Shown here: positions 1-10,503 of the stretch, piece by piece
How positions within the stretch are numbered: position 1 is the first letter of the stretch
Layout: every line of letters begins with the position of its first letter
Origin: the human T2T-CHM13v2.0 reference genome, Homo sapiens
Length of the DNA: 64,000 nt
Reading direction: 5' to 3' (one strand)
NCBI RefSeq assembly: GCF_009914755.1
Contig: NC_060938.1
Position numbers and translations under genes: made by a program
The notes under the pieces: generated by a model
Database searches by the model: none
Seen by the model: the letters and a program-made list of their open reading frames with translations, nothing else
Told to the model about the DNA's origin: nothing

Positions 1-54
1 TGGTATCATTTTAAATTTTGGTATCATTTAATTTTTGGTATCATTTTTAATGTT
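1..54. repeat. Degenerate ~17-18-bp tandem repeat x3 (tggtatcatttt...)
   Basis: tggtatcattt occurs three times at ~17-18-nt spacing. Confidence 0.8.
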
Positions 55-145
55 TTAGTATAGAGTTTGGAAGAGACAAACATTAGTATAGAGTTTGGAA
101 GAGACAAACGTTAGTATAGAGTTTGGAAGAGACAACTCTATACTA
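55..145. repeat. 28-bp tandem repeat (2.9 copies) ending in a 12-bp inverted repeat
   Basis: TTAGTATAGAGTTTGGAAGAGACAAACR at 55, 83 and 111; TAGTATAGAGTT (112-123) pairs with AACTCTATACTA (134-145). Confidence 0.95.
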
Positions 146-189
146 TCTCCAATTTTCTTCCAGTCTGTTATTTCTAAAAGCTGTTCATA

Positions 190-358
190 AGCTGGGCATG
201 GTGGCACACACCTGTAGTCCCAGCTGCTTGGAGTGCTGAAGCAGGAGGATCTCTTGAGACTGGAAGTTGGAGGCTGTAGTGTGCTATGATTGCACTTGTG
301 AATAGCCACAGCACTCCAGCCTGGACAACATGGTGATACCCTGTCTCTTAAAAAAATC
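190..358 (+). mobile_element. Alu right monomer (FRAM/AluJ-like)
   Basis: gctgggcatggtggcacacacctgtagtcccagc ... ctgtctcttaaaaaaa. Confidence 0.9.
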
Positions 359-364
359 ATTCCT

Positions 365-1955
365 ATGAAGCTTTCATTCCTACTATTTCACCCAAAGAGC
401 AGTTGTCAAGGTCACCAGTGTCCTTCACTGCTAAATCTGTCAGCAGTCAGTCATGAGGTCTGATGCTGACATATCTGCAGTCTTTGACACTGTTGGTCAC
501 CCCATCATTCTCTTTGGTTCCTCTCTATTTCCTTAATGACAGAGTGACTTGTGGTCTCTGTCCTTGATCCTAGTCTCTTCTCTATGAACTCTCCCTCTCT
601 CAATGGTCTCATCTGGTTTTAGCCTTTAGATATTGTCTGTATGCTAAGACAACCATCAGTGACCTATTGCGGAAATAATGCTGTGTAACAAACACCTCAG
701 CAGCTTACAACAAGTATTTATTTAGTTCGAGAGTCTACAACTCACCTGGGGATTGGCCAAGGCTGGGTGGCTAGGCTCTGCTTCTCATGCCTGCTGACCT
801 CGACCTGGACCTTGAAGCCTGGAAATATTCTGCCATGGTGATGGCAGAGTCACAAAAGAACAAGCCGTGTTGCACAGGCACTTTCCAAGCCTCTGGCCAT
901 GTTATTCTTGCAAACATTCTGTCAGCCAAAGCAAATCACATGGCTGAACCAAAGTCAAGAGGGGAAATATACTCTCCCTCTTTAGTGGTAGAACTTTAAA
1001 GTCACATGGTGAAAGGCATGGATTCAGGGAGATATGAAGAATTGGGGCCACATCTCTCAAATATTGCATGGGACTATTTTTACTCATATGAAAATATTAT
1101 CTGTTGTTTATCTGAAATTAACATTTAACTAAGCATCTTCTATTTAATCTGGCAAACTTAATCTACCTTCAAAACACATCCAGAATGTGGCACCTTCTTC
1201 TTACCTCCACTGTTTCCACTCTGGCCTGAGCCACTGACATCTCTGACCTAGATGAACTGCTAGAGCCTCCTGACTTTAGAAAAAATGGAATTGGCTAGGG
1301 ATGATTATTTTAGTAGTATTTTATTTAGTAGTAGTATTTTACACTCCTATTACCTTCATGTCCTCTCAACACAACAGCCGGAGTGATCTTTTAAAATAGG
1401 AGATTACACCATTCCCCTGCTTAAAGACTTCCAGTGACTCGCTATTTCTTTCATAGCAAAACACAAGTTCTTTAAATTCCTGCAAAGCCCTATGTGGTCC
1501 TAGTCCTCATTGGCTCTCAACTGCATTCACACTATTCTCACCACAATGCTACCTAGCCACAGTGACCCCTTGTCAGGTCTTGAACACCCGCCTTTGTATT
1601 CTTTACCTTTGGGCCTTTCCACTGATTGCTCCCTCAACCTGGAACTGCCAAATATCTGTCTGGCTCATTCTCTCCCTTTTAATTCTTTGATCCAACACCA
1701 GGTTCTCTGCGATGCCCTACTCTCCAGCCCCTACCTGGTATCTTGATGTCTGTCTTTCTCTTCTCTGTTTCTCTCCTACAGAGAATTGATCTTCCAACAT
1801 ACAATAATTTATTCACTTTTATGCGTATTAATTATTGTCTGTCTCTCCCCTCCCAAATGAAAGCTCCTGAAGGCAAAGATTTTGTCTGATTTGTTCACTG
1901 ACTCTATCACAAGTGACTAATAGAGAGCTGGCAAATGTCTGATGAAGGAATGAAA
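365..1955 (+). mobile_element. L2 LINE fragment interrupted by an MLT1-like LTR piece (~655-1040) and a MER53-like hAT element (~1045-1160)
   Basis: L2-like motifs (caaggtcaccagtg...tttgacac; ctaccttcaaaacacatccagaat; 3' end gatgaaggaatgaa); MER53-like end ...ttatctgaaatt...atctggcaaactta. By-eye call. Confidence 0.65.
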
Positions 1956-2204
1956 GGATAGCCTGACATTTTCTTCCCATCACTATAAAAATTGAATACA
2001 AATATTTTAAGCCAAGTGGATAGCTCTATTCAGATATTTATCTTAAATTTATGCAAGTAAAATCTTTCATAAAATGATGGAGGGCTGAGGAAAGATTGCC
2101 TCGCTAACAGAATCTTAGTACACTAATGCTTATTACCGACCTTCTTACAGCAAGACGTTTCTTTAAAATTAAAGATACAGCAAGGATTTTAATGGGGATA
2201 CCAA

Positions 2205-2511
2205 GGCCAGGCATGGTGGCTTATGCCTGTAATCCGAGCACTTTGGGAGGCCAAGGTGGGTGTATCACCTGAGGTCAGGAGTTCGAGACCAGTCTGGCCA
2301 ACATGGTGAAACCCCATCTCTACTAAAAATACAAAAATTAGCTGGGCATGGTGGTGTGTGCCTGTAATCCCAGCTACTCAGAAGACTGAGGCAGGAGAAT
2401 CACTTGAACCTAGGAGGCAGAGGTTGCACTGAGCTGAGTTCATGCCACTGCACTCCAGACTGGGCAATAGAGCAAGACTCCATCTCACACACACTCATAT
2501 ACACACACACA
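2205..2511 (+). mobile_element. AluS element with a (CA)n-converted tail
   Basis: Full dimeric Alu; tail reads cacacacactcatatacacacacac. Confidence 0.95.
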
Positions 2512-4088
2512 AATAGGCATACCCAAACTCTAAAAGGCTTAATAATCTTTCAGAGAATCCTTGAAAATTAGCTTTAAGCTTTTTCACTAACATTATTGGT
2601 GAGATTATTAGGCGTTAGTTGTAGCCTGCATAGAGTGCAGGCCAGTAAGGGTAAGAGAGATAATTATGCATGTTTTTGATTAGTAGTTTGGGGAGGATAC
2701 CTAAGAGAAAAATCATAGCTGACCTTTACTATCTTAATGGCTAAAGTAATTTAACATTAGTCATTATGCTTTATTAAGAGGGTTTGGGAAACTTTACAAG
2801 AGTTATGCTTTTTTGTTATCAAGAGGTTATTAATCTGGCAACCATACCTACTTGAAAGGCCTCTGAGAATCAAAAATAGATGCTTCGAAATCAGTGCTCA
2901 GGAACCTTTCTCCTAGACCCTCACCTAGGATCTGTTCTATAGTTTAGCAAGTTTAATGATCATCTAATAATAGAATGGCATTTGTTTCCTTAAAGTGTAT
3001 GTTTGTATGAATGTATGAGGTTTGCTCTCTGGCAAGAAAAAACAATTTGCACCATGACAAGGATGAGACAGAAACACTATTAAGCTTAAGAACTTGAAGC
3101 CATTTAGGGTTGACATCCCTGAATTCCAGTACAGTGTAGTCATGGGAGCCCATGGTGGTAACTCCAAGCCAGCAAGATGCTCAGTATATTCACTGCATGG
3201 TGCTGCCTAAGATGGCAACAAGGTTTGGAAAGAAGCCAGTAAACTTTTCAGCAGGTTTTGAAAAATAATTTGTAGTTACCTAGAATAATGTGGGACAGAG
3301 TGTTTCCCATTACTGATAGGTTAATAAGACAATATTATATGCAGAAAATATTTCACTTTAAATTCAACATTTGTCAAATAGGAGAGCCAATGACAGTCTG
3401 TTTCTTGCTCAACAAATAAAATACAAAATCTGAATTAATCATGCATATTTATTTCGGGTTGAGTACAGTCCATGCTCCTAAATCACTTAAGGGTTAGCGA
3501 AGGCTATGGGCAAGGAAACAGACAATTAGATTATAGTGTGGTAAGTCTGGAGAAGGTTAAAGACAAGGTGCTCTGTAATTACATCAAAAGGGCACCTGAC
3601 CCAGCATTTTTGTTTGTATATTTTTGTGGAGAGAGGTTGTAGAAGCCTCCCTAAAGGAGGAATTTTCTATATAAATTGAGACGCAAATGATAAGTAGGAA
3701 ATTGTCAGACAAAGGTGGAGTACCTAGACAGGAGATAGGGATGAACTATTAAGCATATTTAGGTCTTAGATGAAAAGAAATTTAGTACAGAAAGGTTAAG
3801 GAATTTGTTTGGGGATATGCATTGTGAACAGCTGAGCTTTAGCTCTGTAATTTTGCTATCATTAATCTCCAAAAGGCAGATCCATAGGTGCAGAATGTCA
3901 CATAGAGTCAGCTCTCCCTGGAGCATTGTAACTAGTGTATATGTAATTCCATGAAAGTAATTATTAGGCCAGGAAAGTGTATAAAGAGTTGAATGGTTGT
4001 AGTAGACAAGAGGTAAAAGATATAGAAAAGGTTCTTGAACTTGCTTTTAATCAGTGTCCTGAGTTTTAAATAATATTTCTGTTTGTAG

Positions 4089-4196
4089 ATCCTTCTACTA
4101 AAGGACTTTCAACTTTGGAAATGCCACGAGAATCTTCATCTGCCCCTACGTTAGATGCAGGTGTGCCGGAAACAAGTAGCCATTCCTCAATATCAA
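4089..4196 (+). CDS. UNC79: UNC79 internal coding exon (108 nt, phase 1-1): DPSTKGLSTLEMPRESSSAPTLDAGVPETSSHSSIS
   Basis: Acceptor tttctgtttgtag|AT, donor TCAA|gtaaga; open frame joins the next exon in frame; peptide recognised as UNC79. Confidence 0.93.
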
Positions 4197-4667
4197 GTAA
4201 GATTTCCTCTGCTGATTATTTCATCTATACATTTATTTTGGAACACTGTCTGCTGCCTTGTTTTCAATTTTCCCAATCTTGGTATTGTATATATATTTTA
4301 ATGTTGCATCAGCTTCCTTGGTGATAGTATGTTGTATATTCTCAGAGACCCTGAGGAGTAGGATGGCCCACTTTCGTCCGTATCTCTAGTGTTTGATAAA
4401 TCACTATGGTTACTGACTGGCCAAGTATCCTAATTTGTTAAGGAATGATCACTGAATTCCATTATTCAATAAAATAAAAATTGTATAACCTGAACATAAA
4501 ACACGGAACAGGTTTTGGGGCACATGAAAAGCATTGTCTATGGCAGAATTTTACATGGAACACTTTTATTTAATTTGAGTCGCCTCCATCATTGACAAAA
4601 TTTGATCTAGGTTATCGTAAAATAAATGTATGATATATCATATTCCCAAAGTCATGACTGAATTTAG

Positions 4668-4721
4668 CTCTTTTGGATTGGAGAGTGGAAATGGCACGAC
4701 ATTTTACAGGACCTGTAGGAG
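4668..4721 (+). other. Candidate alternative cassette exon (54 nt, phase 1-1, GC donor): TLLDWRVEMARHFTGPVG
   Basis: aatttag|CTC...GGAG|gcgagt; open and symmetric in the UNC79 frame; a second in-frame acceptor (ttttacag|, 4710) would give a 12-nt form. No expression evidence. Confidence 0.4.
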
Positions 4722-5054
4722 GCGAGTATTTTGAAACTGGCTTCTGTTACTGGGTCCTAGATTTTGTCCATGGGAGCTTGAGTTCCACTGAAGTTCCATA
4801 AGCATGTCCACATGTCTCAGTGGGGTTAATTACGAGACTTTAGCATGAGACAGTCTTACCAAGAATCAGAGATATGAACATAGATGCAATTTCTATAAAC
4901 CTTTGTCATATGTGCTGATAAATGTTGTGTTCCATGTGGACATTGCCTGAAAAGCTATTTAATAATTTTCATTTGACCATCTTTTGATGATCCTGAAAAA
5001 ACAGATAAAGATCTTAAATACTGGACTGGTAGTTTGGAACATCATCATCTTCAT

Positions 5055-5440
5055 TGTTCATTCATTCATGCATTCATTCATTCAGCAACTATTTACTAAG
5101 TGTCTGCTGGATGCCAGACACTGTGCTTGGCACTGGAGGTCAAAAGTGAATAAATAAAACACCGCTTGTTCTCCAGGAGTTTGCAGTCATAATAGTAATT
5201 ATAGCTACTATCTATTTAACATCTATCATGTGCCAGGCACTGTGCCAAGTGGCTCACACACATTGTTATCTGATCCAATTGTTACATCAACACATGCGTG
5301 ATAGATGTTGTTGGCCCCATATTATAGATTAGGTAATTGAGATCCAGAGAAGCTAAATGACTTGCCTAAAGTCAAATATCTACTAAGTGATAGATTCAGG
5401 AATTGATGCTAGGCCCTTTAGACTTACAAAGCCATGTTCA
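5055..5440 (-). mobile_element. L2 3' end followed by MIR
   Basis: (ttca)n + tatttactaagtgtctgct...gccagacactgtgct (L2 tail); catgtgccaggcactgtgc...aatgacttgcctaaagtca (MIR core). Confidence 0.75.
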
Positions 5441-5705
5441 TTTTTAGTATACCACACTTCCTTTAAATAATTCAAATTCAGTTGTAATAAGGATTATGGA
5501 AATTCTAAGAAATAGTTTCCAAATGACAGTTATTTGCCCTTTTGGTAGCAAAGAAGAATGGCTAGTTCTGAATCTAATTATTCTTCTTTTATTACAAAAA
5601 TCTGTTAGATCACATGATAAAATGCCAATTTTATGACCACATACTAAAATCATAAAAGTGTATCTTCTCCTAATTTGTATGAGTTATCTTTAATAAAAGA
5701 TAGTG

Positions 5706-6034
<329 letters not shown>

Positions 6035-6849
6035 TTATTAGCTCAGTAGGACTCAAATGATAGTTAAATATACCATAAAATGAATTTACAAATTACAAAT
6101 GTTTCATGATCCCAAAGTCATGATTGATCTAGACTTTGGATTTAGCTTAGCACTTAATTAGATTTCCACCTTTCTCCTCCTTGCCATTAAAAGCATGCAT
6201 TCTATAGCTCTTGGTGGTGTGTTCTTGGAGGTATCATGCCTGGTACCTTATACACTGAGCTAAACATTAAGGGTTTTATTCTCAGGGAATTCTGCTGTCT
6301 TTGAAAACACCTGAGAATTGAAGAAATTATTCAATCATCAGAGGTTTAAAATTTTCATTTGATTGAGTCTTCTAGATGCTGCTAAGTTTTAAATTTGTTG
6401 CATCTTCAAAAAGAATTCTGCTTTTGAATTTTACTTAAAGATGTGCTTTTCAAGTGAGTCATAACATTGTAAGTTTTACCAATCAGTGGCAAAAACCAGA
6501 GATGTTTAGTATTAGGTTGAGTAGTCATTTCCATGAGTTAGGTTAATATTGACTTTAAGACACAAGAATTCCCATCACATCCTTCCCTTTTGATCAGTTT
6601 ATCAGCTGGTTATTTCGTAGCTAAACGTGTTGTGACCACCATTAATCAAACAGCATGCTAGTTACATTAAAAATAATGTTATAATTGATTTCACATCACA
6701 CCAAGTTGCCACCTTGGTGCCATGATTGTGAAATGTGTGTATAACATTGAAGAGTTTCCAGGGGCCATGCGGTCATCCCGGTCTCTACCATCCCTTTCTA
6801 GGGCGTGTAGTTGATAGCTTCAGTTTCTGAAGTTTTTCTTATAACACAG

Positions 6850-6879
6850 AGAATAACCACAAGTTGTCAAATATACAAG
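6850..6879 (+). other. Candidate 30-nt microexon (phase 1-1): KNNHKLSNIQ
   Basis: tttttcttataacacag|AGAATAACCACAAGTTGTCAAATATACAAG|gtattt; open and symmetric in the UNC79 frame. Confidence 0.5.
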
Positions 6880-7808
6880 GTATTTGGGGTCATGCAGAAA
6901 AGTTGCATCCATGATGCTCTGCCTCTCTCACTGGGCTGGTTGGTAGGGATTGGTGGGACTGCTGGGAATAGGACCAGAGGAGACTGCTTTCCAACTCAGC
7001 AATCTACTGGCAAAAGTGTTTTTCATTGTTTTCTGGTTTGGAAATGCTAATAACTTGACATTTCACTGATGGGATATGTTTCAATGCTTAACTTACAGGA
7101 TAAAAATGTTACCACTTTTTAAAAACAAAGATGTGTACTAGAATATACTCGTGGAATGTTGTTTGATTCACATTTTTCAAACAGTAGGCAGAGGCTCGCA
7201 CAGAGATTGAAAACAGCATTGACTTTGGAGTTGATATGTTTTGGTTTTAGGACCACCTCAGTTGCTGACTGGTTCCAAGTCATATAATTTCATTTGCTTC
7301 AATTTCTCTCTCTAAAAATTGGGGTTGATATGTGTCATCCTACCCTAAAATATACACGCACACACACACATCATGTACACACGCACACATACACAAGGAC
7401 CTCATGGGGCTATGAGGAAGATGGAAATAATGTATGCACAAGCTCTGTTAAAGAAAGTTAAGCCATACATTTAAATTTGTTATTTGTCTTAAATCATTTT
7501 TGAAACATGGCAGAGTATATAATTTTAAAAGTAGATGAAGATAATCATATTTCATTCAGTTATAACTGGGATAAATATTTACAGGTGACAAATCAGTGCT
7601 AATGGGCACTGTTACCATCCTCACTGTGTGAAGAAAGGTATCCGGAACAGCAGAGTACCTTAATTTTTCATTTGAACAGAAGCATACAATTTACCAAAAA
7701 TTATGAATAGCAAATGAAGGGTCAATTAAAATTCTATATGGATGTGTGGAGCCTTTGTGTGCTGTGGAAATTTATTATTATAATCATCTCCTAATTTCCT
7801 CCATCTAG

Positions 7809-7925
7809 CTCAGTATAGGCAGATGAAAAGGGGATCCCTGGGAGTTCTGACAATGAGCCAGTTAATGAAGCGGCAGCTGGAGCATCAGTCTAGCGCCCCC
7901 CATAACATCAGCAACTGGGACACTG
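7809..7925 (+). CDS. UNC79: UNC79 coding exon (117 nt, phase 1-1): TQYRQMKRGSLGVLTMSQLMKRQLEHQSSAPHNISNWDT
   Basis: Acceptor tttcctccatctag|CT, donor ACTG|gtgggt; in frame with both neighbours. Confidence 0.93.
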
Positions 7926-9323
7926 GTGGGTCAAGCTTTTTCTTCTCATTCTACCTCTCGGATTAGTGAATGCTACTTTCTCTGTGTCCACTCTGCTCCC
8001 TTGTTAAAGAATAGATTTTCTCTCATGTTCTTTGGTTCAGGTAATTTTTCAAAACCACCTAAGGTAATTAGTAAGTCTATTTAAACTTCCCAAGTGTTCT
8101 AGAGTGACACGCTCTTCCGTTGAGGCTGGCCCAACTCTTGTTCTCTCTAAGACCCAGATTCCAGATATTAGGTTATTGATCTGGGGAGGAGGGAATGGAA
8201 CTATGGTTTCATGATGCAAATAAAAAAGAAAACACACAGCAGATTATCAGTATTCTCTGTTGTATAAACTACAAAGTACGCCCCAAATGAGGGAATATTT
8301 ATAGTAATACTAATAGTGATAAAAATTGTCAGCTTAGTGACATCATGATCTGCCAGTAGGTTTGGGAATATGAGTTCTGTGTTTTAGCCAGCAGGGTCAC
8401 CAGGTTGCAGCCGCACACCCCCATGCTCATAAGATGGAACTGCATCTAACCTCAATTTTAAAGTAAGAATTGACTGCCATGACATGTCTATTCTAAACAT
8501 GATCACTCTGCATTTTCTAAACTTTGTTACCACGTTTTGTACGTGTACTACCTTATCAAGCCAGTAGTACAGCCACAATCCTCTTTTAAGTGCCTGCCTT
8601 TTCTGTTTTTTTTCTTCCATAATTAAATGGGTCATTTGAGTTACAAGATTCTATATGTGAAAACACCTTGCAACATGCATGCACCACTAAAATGTAAGGG
8701 CTTATTATGGTGATATGCTCTGGGGCCTACCCTTGAATCGGACTCTTTTAGTATCGTGATTAATACTTTCTGGCTGCAGTGATGTGAGATTATTTTAATA
8801 TTCTTCCTGATGACTATGAATTATAATATCCACAAAAGCAAAATATTGAGATACTTTTATTTTCTTCAAAGCCATAGTATTTATGTACATAATTTTACTT
8901 GCCCTCATTATTCTTAGAGAGAGAGAGAGAGTGCTAGTCTAGATAACTAAATCCCACACAGCATACCCAATCTCACATTTAACAGATAGTTTCAACTCTC
9001 CTGGACTTTATAAGGGTTCTTTACATTGTAAAGGTTTAGTGTTTTCTCTTCATTTTAGTGATATGTGGTAGTGAGCAGTGAATAGCCAAGAGCCAACAGG
9101 CAAGGGAGAGAAGGAGAAAGACTGGACAGCCAACCTCAGGAGTTCACTGGGTTTGAATGAAGTCTTTCTGCCTACACCAAAGAGGACTGTGCTTTCTTCT
9201 TTATGGAGATGAAGCGATGTAAGGAACTGAGAATGGCAGCTTTTGTTTGATTAGGTCTCTGATAATTAAATGCTGATGTGAGGGCTCTGAAGATGATTTT
9301 TACCTTGCTTCTGTTTTCTGCAG

Positions 9324-9326
9324 CAG
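9324..9326 (+). other. Candidate 3-nt microexon (CAG, adds Ala) or recursive splice site
   Basis: tttttaccttgcttctgttttctgcag|CAG|gtagct: strong pyrimidine tract with a UGC motif, followed 3 nt later by GT. Confidence 0.4.
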
Positions 9327-9890
9327 GTAGCTCAGCCTAAGCTAACCAACCAGTTTAGATTCCGACTACAATGACAACCTACTTCAATGGGCACAGTAGT
9401 TATAAAAAGGCAAACTGATCTCAATTTTCAGTCCAAATTTTAATCTAAGAAAATCTACATGATGCCAAATAACCCATTTAACGGAATTTTTCACTTTTCA
9501 ACCAAATTTCAATCTTGTTCATGTCACTCTGGTTTGCCATTTAATATTTCCCATTTATATGCTGTCTGAATTTCTTTCCCGAGTTTTCCTGGGCCTGTTT
9601 TCCATCCTCCAAATTGGTTCTCGTGGTTCTCGAGTCACCAAGTCCTACAAGCATCATCTCAATATTCTTGTTTTGATTAGCGCCAGAAAAAGTCCTCCTC
9701 ACATCCGAGCCTAGGGGAGAGTCTGTGACTGTGTAGTACAATGTTAGGTGGCATGTCACTTTAAACTACACATGTAGCTTCAGTAATTTGCTGGTCTCCA
9801 CCAGAACAGATGTGGCCATGTAGGCACCTGAGAAAGGCAGCCTAAAACATGGATCTGATCAGTTCACGTCAGCACACACCAGCTCCACCC

Positions 9891-9950
9891 TGAGAGCTGC
9901 CTCTTCTCCACCCATGCATATGAGACCTGCCTCTTCTCCACCCATGCATG
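9891..9950. repeat. 30-bp tandem duplication x2
   Basis: tgagagctgcctcttctccacccatgcata / tgagacctgcctcttctccacccatgcatg. Confidence 0.95.
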
Positions 9951-10503
9951 GCGCCATGACTTACTGCTTTGCCTCATCTTTCATGTGAACAAACATTTTT
10001 GAAGCACCATGCCTCCATTTTTGCCCCCTCCCCCTTATTCCTGTTCCCCATCCCTCAGTCCAACACCTGTCATTTCCTTCTACCAGTTCCACATGTTTCC
10101 AGTGTGACCTTTCTGGCCATTGCCCCAAATGATCACTTATGTACTTACTGATTTGCATAAAACATTTCTGTCATGGCTGTGATATTAGCCTTTCGTTTCC
10201 TATCTGGAGATATGAGATTTGAACTTTTTTGTGGGGGCAGGGTGGGGTGCTTGTCTGGACTTTTTGGGATAGTTTTAGATGCTGTCCTGCTTTTAGTTGC
10301 ATTTCATAGAACTGAATGGCAGGTTTGTAGTAAAGCCCCAAATAACCCTACCCTAAAATCTAGGATGTGTTCTGTAAATGTTAATAATACATAGTAACAG
10401 TGACCAAAAAATTGGCCCCCAGAGATGATTGGTTAAATTCTTTGTGTTCTAAATGGTGCTAAGATGACCACATCAAAGACTGAAACCCTCTATTTATCCA
10501 CAG

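Noticed and set aside
55-135. 28-bp direct repeats resembling a CRISPR array
   Set aside because: No spacers; head-to-tail tandem copies in a mammalian intron.
3140-3157. 18-nt in-frame segment with a GTG|gtaact donor
   Set aside because: No pyrimidine tract and several competing upstream AGs.
7585-7637. acag|GTGAC...AAAG|gtatcc 53-nt pseudo-exon
   Set aside because: Poor pyrimidine tract, not a multiple of 3, contains a stop; not distinguishable from chance.
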